Program-made: the position numbers and the translations under genes
In this document: positions 19,123-30,438 of the stretch, one piece after another
Layout: each line of letters starts with the position of its first letter
Numbering within the stretch: position 1 is the stretch's first letter
Source of the DNA: an uncultured Trueperaceae bacterium
GTDB taxonomy: Bacteria; Deinococcota; Deinococci; Deinococcales; Trueperaceae
Assembly (NCBI GenBank): GCA_963815215.1
Contig: CAWFFU010000004.1
Coordinates: 32,001 to 96,000, forward strand
DNA: 64,000 nucleotides
Reading direction: 5' to 3'
The notes under the pieces: generated by a model
Told to the model about the DNA's origin: nothing
Databases searched by the model: none
What the model saw: only the letters and a program-made list of their open reading frames with translations

Positions 19123-19615
19123 GGACGAGCTGGCGGCGGTCCGCAACCGCCGCATCGGATTCATCTTCCAGGCGTTCAACCTGCTGCCGCGGGCGACGGC
19201 GCTGCGCAACGTGGCGTTGCCGTTGATGTACCGGGGCGTGCGGCCCCACGAGCGCATCGAGCGCGCTGCGGCGGCGTTGGAGCGCATCGGCCTCGGCGAC
19301 CGGCTCGAACATCGCTCCAACGAGCTCTCCGGAGGACAGCGCCAGCGCGTGGCCATCGCCCGGGCGCTGGTCACCGAGCCCGACATCCTGCTGGCCGACG
19401 AACCTACCGGCAACCTCGACAGCCGCACCGGCGAGGAGATCCTGGCGCTGTTCGACGCCATCCACGGTGAGGGGCGCACCGTGCTCATGGTCACCCACGA
19501 GGCCGAAGTGGCGCAGCACACCGAGCGGATCGTCCATATCCGCGACGGGGTGGTCGAGTCCAACGAGCGTGTGGCGCCGCGGGCGGTGCCCTCCGACCCG
19601 GCCGCGGCGAGCTAG
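18854..19615 (+). CDS. ABC transporter ATP-binding protein (MacB/LolD type)
   Basis: GPSGSGKST, LSGGQRQRVAIARAL, ILLADEPTGNLD, VTH. Confidence 0.93.
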   Translation: MTQPLAGAPAQARGPVIEARDLHKVYTMDGGLEVRALRGLDLAVERGEFIAIMGPSGSGKSTLLQILGCLDAPTSGSYRLAGVEVARMSEDELAAVRNRRIGFIFQAFNLLPRATALRNVALPLMYRGVRPHERIERAAAALERIGLGDRLEHRSNELSGGQRQRVAIARALVTEPDILLADEPTGNLDSRTGEEILALFDAIHGEGRTVLMVTHEAEVAQHTERIVHIRDGVVESNERVAPRAVPSDPAAAS

Positions 19616-19624
19616 GGGGCGGCG

Positions 19625-20818
19625 ATGCTGTTCGAGAACGTGCGCTCGGCTCTGGAGGCGCTGGCGGGCAACCGGCTGCGCTCGGTGTTGACGTTGATGG
19701 GCGTGATGATCGGCGTCTTCGCGGTGACGACCACCATCAGCCTGGGGGCCATCGCCACGGCGGGCATCACCTCGCAGCTCCAGGACTTCGGCAACCAGGC
19801 GTTGTTCATCACCCCCAACGAGGACAACCCCCGCTCGACGCGGTTCACCGACGCCGACATCGACGCCCTGGCCCGGTTACCCGTGAGCATCCTGCGGCAG
19901 CGCACCATCCGAGGGCTGGCGCGGGCCGGCTCGGAGGAGGCGCAGCTCACCGTCAACGGCGTGACCGCCAACGCGCCCGAGGTCGACCGCACCATCAAGG
20001 TGGCCCGCGGCCGGTACTTCAGCGAGGAGGAGGACCGCCGAGCGGCGCCGGTCATGGTGCTGTCGGCCGATGCCAGGGAATCGCTCTTCCCCGACGACCC
20101 CAATCCGGTCGGCCAGCAGGTCTCGGTAACGGTGGGCTCGTCGCGCAGCTTCTACACCGTGATCGGTGTCAAGGAGCCGCTCACCGGTGCCTTCACCTTC
20201 GCGTCCAGCATCGCCGTTGACGTGCCGCTGCAGACGCTCTACCTCAACCACCCGTCGTTGGCGCGCGGGGAGTACCCGTTCCTGCCGGTGACGGTCGGCC
20301 TGGACCGGAACATCGGCGACATCGAGGCCCAGGTCGACGCCATCCTCACCCGCCGGCGCGGGGCCGACACCTTCAAGATCCAGACCATCCAGGGCGCCTT
20401 GACCCTGTTCGACACCATCACCACCATCCTTCAAGCCGTGCTGGGCGGCATCGGCGCGATCAGCCTGCTGGTGGGCGGCATCGGCATCCTCAACATCATG
20501 CTGGTGTCGGTCACCGAGCGCACCCGCGAGATCGGGTTGCGCAAGGCGCTGGGCGCGAAGAAGGGCGTCATCTTGCAGCAGTTCATGATCGAGGCGGTGG
20601 TGTTGACGCTGGTGGGCGGCCTGGTGGGGCTGGGGGCCGCCATCGGCGTTCTGTACCTGGCCGTGGCGCTCGTCCCCTTCCTCGACAAGGTGGTGCTGTC
20701 GCCGTTCACCGTGCTGCTGGGGCTGTTCGTGAGTGTGGCGACCGGCGTGGTGTTCGGGGTGTGGCCGGCCAGTCGCGCCGCCAACCTCAGCCCGATCGAG
20801 GCGTTGCGCTACGAGTAG
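19625..20818 (+). CDS. ABC transporter permease (MacB/FtsX type)
   Basis: NRLRSVLT, GGIGILNIMLVSVTERTREIGLRKALGA, PIEALRYE. Confidence 0.93.
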   Translation: MLFENVRSALEALAGNRLRSVLTLMGVMIGVFAVTTTISLGAIATAGITSQLQDFGNQALFITPNEDNPRSTRFTDADIDALARLPVSILRQRTIRGLARAGSEEAQLTVNGVTANAPEVDRTIKVARGRYFSEEEDRRAAPVMVLSADARESLFPDDPNPVGQQVSVTVGSSRSFYTVIGVKEPLTGAFTFASSIAVDVPLQTLYLNHPSLARGEYPFLPVTVGLDRNIGDIEAQVDAILTRRRGADTFKIQTIQGALTLFDTITTILQAVLGGIGAISLLVGGIGILNIMLVSVTERTREIGLRKALGAKKGVILQQFMIEAVVLTLVGGLVGLGAAIGVLYLAVALVPFLDKVVLSPFTVLLGLFVSVATGVVFGVWPASRAANLSPIEALRYE

Positions 20819-20854
20819 CGGCGGAGCAACGTCGGGTAGGGCGTGCGATGTCCG

Positions 20855-21694
20855 CTACAGGCTTCGCAGCGTCTCGAGGTCGCGCTGGTGGCCCAGCTCG
20901 TCGTCGCCCAGCGGGGTCTCCAGGATCATCGGCACGGTGGCCAGGCGCGGGTCGCTCACGATGCGGGCGAAGAAGTCGCGGCCGATCTCGCCCTCGAGGA
21001 TGGAGGCGTGTCGATCCTTGTGGCTGCCCAGCGGGTTCTTGGCGTCGTTCAGGTGCACCGCCATCAGGCGCGGCAGGCCCACCGCGGCGTCGAACGCGGA
21101 CCAGGTGGCCTCGTAACCGGCCTCGTCTCGGAGGTCGTAACCGGCCACGAAGGCATGGCACGAGTCGAAGCACACGCCCAGGCGTTCGGGATCGTCGACG
21201 CGCGCCAGGATGGCCCCCAGCTCCTGGAAGTCCCTGCCCAGCGTGCTTCCCTGGCCGGCTGTGTTCTCCAGCAGCACGCGCGCCTGCAGCTCCGGCCGCA
21301 GGCTGGAGACCTGATCCAGCGCCTGCGCCACGCGGTCGAGGCCCGGCTCCACGCCTTCGCGCATGTGCGCCCCGGGGTGCAGCACCACCCCCGGCACGCC
21401 CAGGCGGTCGCAGCGCTCGAGCTCGTCGATGAGCGCCGCCACTGACTTCTCCCGCGCCGCCGGGTCGGGGCTCGCCAGGTTGATCAGGTAGCTGGCGTGG
21501 GCGACCACCGGCCAGCCGGACGCCGCGTGCTGCTCCCGGAACGACGCCACTTCGTCGTCGGCGAGCGGTCGCCCGCTCCAGCGACTGGCGTTCTTCACGA
21601 AGATCTGCAGGGCCTCGCAGCCGATGTCGCGCCCCCGCGCGAAGGCCTTGTGCGTTCCCCCGGCGACCGACACGTGTGCTCCCAGACGGGTCAT
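20855..21694 (-). CDS. nfo: Endonuclease IV
   Basis: LGAHVSVAGG, HASYLINL, HPG, LENTAGQG, DSCH, HLND, DRH, ILETP. Confidence 0.93.
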   Translation of the reverse strand: MTRLGAHVSVAGGTHKAFARGRDIGCEALQIFVKNASRWSGRPLADDEVASFREQHAASGWPVVAHASYLINLASPDPAAREKSVAALIDELERCDRLGVPGVVLHPGAHMREGVEPGLDRVAQALDQVSSLRPELQARVLLENTAGQGSTLGRDFQELGAILARVDDPERLGVCFDSCHAFVAGYDLRDEAGYEATWSAFDAAVGLPRLMAVHLNDAKNPLGSHKDRHASILEGEIGRDFFARIVSDPRLATVPMILETPLGDDELGHQRDLETLRSL

Positions 21695-21782
21695 GGGCGG
21701 CAGTCTACCGCGCGCGCCGGACCTGCCGGGGCATCGGGTAACGGGGGCCGTGCCGGCCCAGACCGGTGGTAGACTCGCTGCC

Positions 21783-22544
21783 GTGATCCGCGCACAACGA
21801 GCTCAACCCGCCCCCGACGAGCTGGCCGCGTTCCTGGACGAGTACCTCCGCAGGGGCGACTGCCTGGTCCAGGTGGTGAGCGAGTGCGAGGTCCTCTACA
21901 GCGGCCGGGCGGCGAGCGTGGCGGAGGCCGGTGACTACCTGGTCATCGTCAAGCAGGACGGGAGCGTGCAGGTCCACGGACACCGGAGCGTCAAGCCCGT
22001 GAACTGGCAGCCGCACACCGACGAACTCTTCGTCGGCGTCGAGGACGGGGTGGCGGTGATGCGGGCCGAGCGCTTCAACCCCGAGGAGATGGTGCGCGTG
22101 GCCTTCCTGGCTCCCGCCATGGCGCAGGCGTTCGAGCTGCGGGAGTCGGGCGGCTTCGCGCTGATGGGCAGCGAGGCCGAGATGCAGCAGGCGCTGGCCC
22201 GCCACCCCGAGCTCATCGAGCCGGGCCTGGAGGTGCTCCACCGCGAGCTCCCCACCGACGTCGGCGGGATCGACCTGTTCGCGCGCGACACCGACGGCGC
22301 GCTGGTGGTCGTGGAGCTCAAGCGCTCCAAGGCGAACCAGGAGGCGGTGCACCAGCTCGGCCGCTACGTCGAGAGCGTGCGACGGCTCGGTTCGGAGCGG
22401 GTGCGCGGTATCCTGGCGGCGCCCGCCGTGACCGCGCCCGCGCTCAACCAGCTCGGCACCCTCGGTCTGGAGTTCCGGGAAGTCTCCGCGCTGCCGCTGG
22501 ACGACGCCGTAGACGACCAGCCTTCACTGTTCGCGCCGGCCTAG
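21783..22544 (+). CDS. nucS: Mismatch-specific endonuclease NucS/EndoMS
   Basis: CEVLYSGRA, KQDGSVQVH, KPVNWQP, SEAEMQ, GGIDL, VELKR, QLGRY. Leaderless: TAGACT 21770-21775 + 7 nt + GTG. Confidence 0.88.
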   Translation: MIRAQRAQPAPDELAAFLDEYLRRGDCLVQVVSECEVLYSGRAASVAEAGDYLVIVKQDGSVQVHGHRSVKPVNWQPHTDELFVGVEDGVAVMRAERFNPEEMVRVAFLAPAMAQAFELRESGGFALMGSEAEMQQALARHPELIEPGLEVLHRELPTDVGGIDLFARDTDGALVVVELKRSKANQEAVHQLGRYVESVRRLGSERVRGILAAPAVTAPALNQLGTLGLEFREVSALPLDDAVDDQPSLFAPA

Positions 22545-22614
22545 CGATGTGCGCGGTGCGGTGGCGACGGCGGTCGGGGACCCGGTAGACTTTCCATATG
22601 AAAGGGTCGCCTAG

Positions 22615-23061
22615 ATGAGTAGGGCGCCCGAGTCGGCCGACTACATCGACCTGGCTAGGGCGGTGTTGCGCCTTTCGCGTCATCTCTACCGCACCTTCGA
22701 CGAGGTGTTGGGCCCGACCTTCGGGCTCGCTACCAAGGACTACCTGGTGCTGCGCGTCGTCCTCGGCGGCGAGGTGTACCCGGGGGGCGTGGCCGCTTTC
22801 CTGAACATGCCTCCGGCGAGTGTCAGCCGTGTCCTGGAGCGCCTGGAGGCCAGGGGTTATCTTGAGCGCTCGGTGGACGCGGTGGATCACCGCCGCTTCC
22901 TCCTCGCCGTCACTCCCGAGGGGACGAAGGCGGCGGACGCCATCCGAGACGTCATCAGCACGACGCTCGGCGACACCTACGCCCACGTGCCCGCGGACGC
23001 CCTGCGCGCCGCGGTCGATCACCTGGCCACTCTCAACGAGGTCATCGAGCGGCGTTCCTAG
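22615..23061 (+). CDS. MarR-family transcriptional regulator
   Basis: wHTH region SVSRVLERLEARGYLER and DHRR wing; directly upstream of a DHA2 MFS gene. Confidence 0.88.
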   Translation: MSRAPESADYIDLARAVLRLSRHLYRTFDEVLGPTFGLATKDYLVLRVVLGGEVYPGGVAAFLNMPPASVSRVLERLEARGYLERSVDAVDHRRFLLAVTPEGTKAADAIRDVISTTLGDTYAHVPADALRAAVDHLATLNEVIERRS

Positions 23062-23151
23062 GCTCGCTCGGCCGGCCTCAACAGCGGACGCGCGGCCGGG
23101 GGCAGCCCCGGCACACGGTGGCGGTGTGGCGCCGCCCCGGAGGAGAACCCC

Positions 23152-24810
23152 TTGGAGACCGAACCGACGCAGCAGGAGCGTCCCGTGCGCGCGCGCAGCG
23201 AGACGCAGGCGAGCAACCGCATCACCGGCCGCAAGCGTTGGTGGGCGTTGGGGGCCGTACTGCTCACCATGTTCTTCTCGTCGCTCGACCAGACCGTGGT
23301 GTCCACCGCGATCCCGACCATCGTCAGCGAGCTGCACGGCTTCAACATCTACGCCTGGCTGGTCACCGCCTACATGATGGCGTCGGCGGTGACGGTGCCG
23401 CTCTACGGCAAGCTCTCGGACATGTACGGGCGCAAGCCGTTCTTCATCTTCGGCCTGACCGTGTTCGCCGTCGGCTCGATCCTCTCCGGGCAAGCGCAGA
23501 CCATGCTCGAGCTCATCCTCTTCCGCGGTGTGCAGGGGATCGGCGCGGGCGCCATGCTCACCATGCCGCGTGCCACCATCGGCGACATCTTCAACCCGCG
23601 CGAGCGCGGCCAGTGGATGGGCGTCATCGGCGCCGTATTCGGGCTGGCCAGCATCATCGGTCCCACCCTGGGCGGCTGGATCACCGACACCATCGGCTGG
23701 CGCTGGATCTTCTACATCAACCTGCCGGTGGCGGCGCTCGCCATCATCGGCGTGCTGTTCGCCCTGCCGAGCGTGCGTGTCGACGCTCGGGTCCAGCTCG
23801 ACTGGCGCGGCAGCCTGCTCCTGGTGGTGGGACTGATCCCCATCCTGCTCGGCTTCACCTGGGCGGGGGGTCGCCTGGCCTGGACGAGCCCCGAGTTGAT
23901 CCTGCTGTTCGCGCTGGGGGCGGTCTTCCTGGTGCTCTTCGCGGTGAACGAGGGGCGGGCGAAGGACCCCATCCTGGAGCCCGCGCTGTTCCGCAGCGGG
24001 ATCTTCAACACCACTCTGCTCATCGCGCTGTTCATGACCATGGCCATGTTCAGCGCCCTCATCTTCCTGCCGCTGTTCGTGCAGGGCGCGCTGGAGTACT
24101 CAGCGGCCAGCTCCGGCTACATCCTCACGCCGATGATGCTCAGCCTGGTCGTCGCCTCCATGGTCGGCGGGCAGATCGTTACCCGCACCGGGCGCTACAG
24201 AGTGCTGGCGTTGACGGGCGCCGGGTTGTTGGTGGCCGGTCTGTTCCTGTTCACGCAGATGAGCCTCACCACCACCTGGGTGGGCGTGGTGCGCAACATG
24301 ATCGTGTTCGGCCTGGGGCTGGGAACGCTCCTGCCGCTGCTCAACACGGTGGTGCTCAACGTCTTCCCCTACCGCGTGATGGGGGCGGTGAGCGCCACCC
24401 AGCAGTTCGTGCGCTCGCTCGCCGGCGTCATCGCCGCGCCCATCCTCGGCACCGTGCTGGCCCGCTCGGTGGATGCCCGCCTTGCCCAGGACATGCCCAG
24501 TGGGGTCAAGCAGGCGATGGCGGCGGCGGGCGCGCAGTCGGGCAGCCTCGACCCTCAGCAGCTCCTCTCGGCGCAGGCGCAGCAGGCTATCCGTTCGCGC
24601 TTCGATCCCGGTCCGGCGGGCGACAAGCTCTACCGGCAGTTCATCGACGCGGTGCACGGCGCGCTCGCCAGCGGGACCCGGGAGCTCTTCACGATCGCGC
24701 TGGTGTTCGGGGTGCTGGCGCTGGTGGCCACGTTGTTCCTGGCCGAGGTGCGCTTGAAGCGCGACGAGTTCTTCGACGAGCCCGCGGCGGCATCGGACGG
24801 TCCGGCCTGA
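23152..24810 (+). CDS. MFS drug:H+ antiporter (DHA2/MDR)
   Basis: LDQTVVSTAIPTI, GKLSDMYGRK, GPTLGG, WRWIFYINLP; TTG start after GGAGGAG. Confidence 0.92.
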   Translation: METEPTQQERPVRARSETQASNRITGRKRWWALGAVLLTMFFSSLDQTVVSTAIPTIVSELHGFNIYAWLVTAYMMASAVTVPLYGKLSDMYGRKPFFIFGLTVFAVGSILSGQAQTMLELILFRGVQGIGAGAMLTMPRATIGDIFNPRERGQWMGVIGAVFGLASIIGPTLGGWITDTIGWRWIFYINLPVAALAIIGVLFALPSVRVDARVQLDWRGSLLLVVGLIPILLGFTWAGGRLAWTSPELILLFALGAVFLVLFAVNEGRAKDPILEPALFRSGIFNTTLLIALFMTMAMFSALIFLPLFVQGALEYSAASSGYILTPMMLSLVVASMVGGQIVTRTGRYRVLALTGAGLLVAGLFLFTQMSLTTTWVGVVRNMIVFGLGLGTLLPLLNTVVLNVFPYRVMGAVSATQQFVRSLAGVIAAPILGTVLARSVDARLAQDMPSGVKQAMAAAGAQSGSLDPQQLLSAQAQQAIRSRFDPGPAGDKLYRQFIDAVHGALASGTRELFTIALVFGVLALVATLFLAEVRLKRDEFFDEPAAASDGPA

Positions 24811-24834
24811 CGACGGCTGCGCTATCCTTCGGCT

Positions 24835-25341
24835 ATGGAGGACCCGGCTTCCGCGAACGGCATCGAGGTCCGCGAGGTCACGCTCCCCGGCGTCGGCAAG
24901 AAGTACGTCATGAGCCTTCGCGCGGGCGGCAACCTGGCGGTGGTTCTACGGCCCGACGGCGAACGGCAGCTCCATCACTTCCTGGAGCACGCCGACCGTC
25001 CCCGTGACGTGGTCCGGGTGGACGCCGAGGAGGCGCAGCAGCTCGCCAACCTGCTGGGGCGGCCGGTGGTCCAGGCGTCCAGCGTCGAGGACCTCGAACT
25101 GGTCCTCGGAGCCCTGGAGATCGACTGGGTCCCGCTCGGCCCGGCCTCGCCGCTGGCGGGCCGGGCGCTGGGCGCCTCGCACATGCGCCAACGCACGGGA
25201 GCGAGCGTCATCGCCATCCTGCGCGAGGGGCGCGCCCTCGCCAACCCCGACGTCGACACGATGTTCGAACCCGGTGACACCCTCCTCCTCATCGGATCCC
25301 CCGCCCAGACAGACGCCGCGCGCGCCCTGATCGCCGGCTGA
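24835..25341 (+). CDS. Cation:proton antiporter regulatory subunit (KhtT-like, RCK_C)
   Basis: LPGVGKKY N-terminus; TGASVIAILR...NP...GDTL RCK_C pattern; paired with a CPA2 antiporter. Confidence 0.85.
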   Translation: MEDPASANGIEVREVTLPGVGKKYVMSLRAGGNLAVVLRPDGERQLHHFLEHADRPRDVVRVDAEEAQQLANLLGRPVVQASSVEDLELVLGALEIDWVPLGPASPLAGRALGASHMRQRTGASVIAILREGRALANPDVDTMFEPGDTLLLIGSPAQTDAARALIAG

Positions 25342-25365
25342 CGCGCCGGTCCCGGAGCCCATGAC

Positions 25366-26568
25366 GTGACGCCGCTGCTCGAGCTCGGCCTGATCGCTCT
25401 CGGGCTCTACCTCACAGGCGAACTCAGCCGCCGCGTAGGGGTGTCGGCCGTGGTGGGCTACATCCTTCTGGGCATCCTGCTCGGACCGCACGGGGTCCTG
25501 CCGGTGTACCGCCTCGGGCCCACCACCGAGCTGCTGGGCGAACTGGGCTTGCTGCTGCTGCTGTTCTACCTGGGGCTCGAGTTCTCTCTCGGTCGGCTGC
25601 TCGAGGGGAGCGGTCCGACGCTGGTCGCGGGCGCCGTCGACCTGGTGAACTTCGGCGTCGGGGTGGGCGTGGCCCTGGCGCTCGGGTACGGGTGGCTGGC
25701 CGGCCTGTTCCTGGGGGGCGTGGTGTACGTCTCCAGCTCCGGTGTGATCGCCCGGCTGCTGTCGGACAGTGACCTGCTGGCCTACCCCGAGGCCGAGCGC
25801 ACGTTGGGGGTGCTGGTGTTCGAGGACCTGGCGATGGTGGTGGTGCTGGTGGGTCTCGGGCTCCTCACCGCCGGCGGCGGCGGCAGGTCGTTCGTCGGCG
25901 CCGTGCTGTTCCTTGCCCTGTACGGCCTGGCGGCGCGCTACGGCAAGCGGCTGCTGGCGCGCCTGCTGGATCTCGAGGGGGAGGCCCTGTCCCTGCTCGC
26001 CCTGGCGCTGCTGACACTGGTATCGGCAGGCGCCATCGCGCTCGGATTCCCGGCCGCGGTGGCGGCGTTCCTGCTGGGCATGGCCGTGGCCGAGTCGGGG
26101 CATCGGCCGCGGGTCGAGACCGCCCTCCGGTCCTGGTACGACGTGGCGGCGGCCAGCTTCTTCCTGGTGGTGGGGCTGCACGTCGAGCGGGCGACCGTCC
26201 TGCGGGAGGCGCCGCTGGCGCTGCTGCTGGTGGCCGTCACGGTGGTGGCCGGTCTGGTGACCGGCTTCCTGGGCGGGCGCGCGAGCGGGCTCAGCCGGCG
26301 CGCCGCGGTCGGGCACGGCCTGATGCTGCTGCCGCGCGGCGAGTTCTCGCTGGTGATCGCCAGCCTCGCCGCCGATGCCGGCGCCCTGCCGGAGGGCACG
26401 CGCCAGGCGCTCCTGGGGGCGACGTCGCTGTACGTGGTGGTGATGGTGGTGGTCGGGAGCGTCGTCTTCGCCCGCTTCGATGCCGTGAACGATCTCCTCA
26501 GTCGCCCACTGATGCGGGAAGCCGAGCGCGAATCGTTGGAGGCGATCGACTCGTTCCCCCTGGAGTGA
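25366..26568 (+). CDS. CPA2 cation:proton antiporter (KhtU-like)
   Basis: Polytopic; LFYLGLEFS, SSSGVI, VFEDL, PRGEFSL. Confidence 0.88.
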   Translation: MTPLLELGLIALGLYLTGELSRRVGVSAVVGYILLGILLGPHGVLPVYRLGPTTELLGELGLLLLLFYLGLEFSLGRLLEGSGPTLVAGAVDLVNFGVGVGVALALGYGWLAGLFLGGVVYVSSSGVIARLLSDSDLLAYPEAERTLGVLVFEDLAMVVVLVGLGLLTAGGGGRSFVGAVLFLALYGLAARYGKRLLARLLDLEGEALSLLALALLTLVSAGAIALGFPAAVAAFLLGMAVAESGHRPRVETALRSWYDVAAASFFLVVGLHVERATVLREAPLALLLVAVTVVAGLVTGFLGGRASGLSRRAAVGHGLMLLPRGEFSLVIASLAADAGALPEGTRQALLGATSLYVVVMVVVGSVVFARFDAVNDLLSRPLMREAERESLEAIDSFPLE

Positions 26569-26596
26569 CGGCGAAGGTCGTGTCGCTGGCGGGCCC

Positions 26597-28769
<2,173 letters not shown>

Positions 28770-28947
28770 GGACCGGTCATCCTCCGGGGCGAAGCGCGGA
28801 CGCGCTCCTGCCCGGCAAGGATAGCCAGCAGCGCGGCCGCGAGCGGTGGGGGTCTTCACACCGTTCGGGACGGCTGCCGGGGGGTGGGCGGAACGGATAA
28901 AGCTTCTCACGACGCCGTCCCCGTCGGCGCTGCTAGACTTAGGCGGC

Positions 28948-29949
28948 ATGCCGATGTTTCGCAAGGACCCGTTCGGCCGCGCCTGGGTGCTCATCTCCCC
29001 GGAGCGGGGGCTGGTGGCGTCGGACTTCGGCAGCGTGCTGCCGCTGCCGTTGCGCTCGCCGCTGTCGCCAGGGAACGAGCGCCAGACGGGCCCCGAGATC
29101 GCCGCCATCCGGCCGAGCAGCACCGCGCCCGACAGCCCCGAGTGGCGCATGCGGGTCATCGAGCACCCCTCGGCACTGGTGGAGCCGCGGCCCTTCCGCG
29201 AGGAGGGGGACGCGCTGTTCCGGCAGGCCGCCTCGAGCGGCTACCAGGAGGTCATCGTCGAGCACCCGGACGCCCGCATGACGCTCGACGGCATGCCGCG
29301 CTCCCACCTGGTCGACGTACTCCGCCTGTACCGCGAGCGCCTGGCGTTGCTCGCGGCCAAGCCGGGCATCCGGCACGTGCAGATCACCCGCAACGTCGGC
29401 CGCGCCGCCGGCGCCCTGTTCGAGCATCCGCACGCCCAGGTCCTGGCCGTACCGGTCGACAGTCGCTGGGTCGAGGAAGAGGTGGAAGCGGCCCGCAGCC
29501 ACGCGCGCGAGCACGGTAGCTGCCTGTTCTGCGACGTGATCGAACGCGAGCTGGCGGTGCGCGAGCGGGTCATCACCCACAATGAGGCGTTCGTGGCCAT
29601 CGCGCCGTTCGCGGCGAAGACCCCGTTCGAGACCTGGATCCTGCCGCGCGATCACGACAGCGCCTTCACCGGGGTCGCCTCCAACACTTTGCCGCTGCTG
29701 GCCGAGCTGTTGCAGACGGTGGTGCGGGCCCTCAACGACGCCCTCGACCACCCGCCGTACAATCTCCTGGTGCACACCCTCCCCGTCGCCGGCGACCGCA
29801 CCTTCCATTGGCACATCGAGGTGCTCCCGCGGCTCACCCAGCAAGCGGGGTTCGACTGGGGCAGCGGCTTCTACGTCAATCCGACGCCGCCGGAGGACGC
29901 CGCCCGCTTCCTGCGCGAGGCGCTCGCCCTGCAGGAGGTACAGGAGTGA
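28948..29949 (+). CDS. GalT-like nucleotidyltransferase (HIT superfamily)
   Basis: DP...WVLISPERG, EHPHAQ, CLFCD, PFETWILP, FHWHIEVLPRL, GFDWGSG. Confidence 0.8.
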   Translation: MPMFRKDPFGRAWVLISPERGLVASDFGSVLPLPLRSPLSPGNERQTGPEIAAIRPSSTAPDSPEWRMRVIEHPSALVEPRPFREEGDALFRQAASSGYQEVIVEHPDARMTLDGMPRSHLVDVLRLYRERLALLAAKPGIRHVQITRNVGRAAGALFEHPHAQVLAVPVDSRWVEEEVEAARSHAREHGSCLFCDVIERELAVRERVITHNEAFVAIAPFAAKTPFETWILPRDHDSAFTGVASNTLPLLAELLQTVVRALNDALDHPPYNLLVHTLPVAGDRTFHWHIEVLPRLTQQAGFDWGSGFYVNPTPPEDAARFLREALALQEVQE

Positions 29950-30335
29950 GCACAGTGCCCAGACGGCTGGCCGACGCCGCGCCCGAGCCGACCGTCCGCT
30001 CCCGGCCGCGGCACGCCGCCGCGGCGCGCGGCGCCCACCGCGTGATCATGGTCCTGGCGCTGGTGGGCAGTCTTCACGCGCTGTTCGTGCTGGGCGTGGA
30101 GAGCTGGCGGTTCGTGGTCGAGCGCCGGGCGGTGGCCCAGCTGCAGACCCAGGTGACCGAGCTGCAGTGGCAGGCCAACGGGCTCCAGCAGGTGATCGAC
30201 CATGCCGGCGACAGCCGCTACCGCGAGGACCTGGCCCGGCGACAGGGGTACATGTACCCCAACGAGCAGCGGGCGGTGACGCAGCAGCTCGCAGCGCCGG
30301 CCGCAGGCAGCGCCGGTGCCGGCGGCGTCCCCTGA
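29946..30335 (+). CDS. ftsB: Septum formation initiator FtsB/DivIC-like
   Basis: Single TM helix, coiled coil, YREDLARRQGYMYPNE motif; GTGA overlap with the upstream gene. Confidence 0.7.
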   Translation: MSTVPRRLADAAPEPTVRSRPRHAAAARGAHRVIMVLALVGSLHALFVLGVESWRFVVERRAVAQLQTQVTELQWQANGLQQVIDHAGDSRYREDLARRQGYMYPNEQRAVTQQLAAPAAGSAGAGGVP

Positions 30336-30438
30336 GCGAAGGCGGCCCAGCGCAGGCGCTCGAGCCGGGGCGCCGCAGGGCGCGGCCGCCGCGGGGCACG
30401 GTATCCTGGGCCCATCTCAGAGGGCGGAGGCTGATTCC

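Noticed and set aside
25361..25369. ATG-ACG-TGA mini-ORF overlapping the antiporter GTG
   Set aside because: Two codons only; cannot be distinguished from chance.
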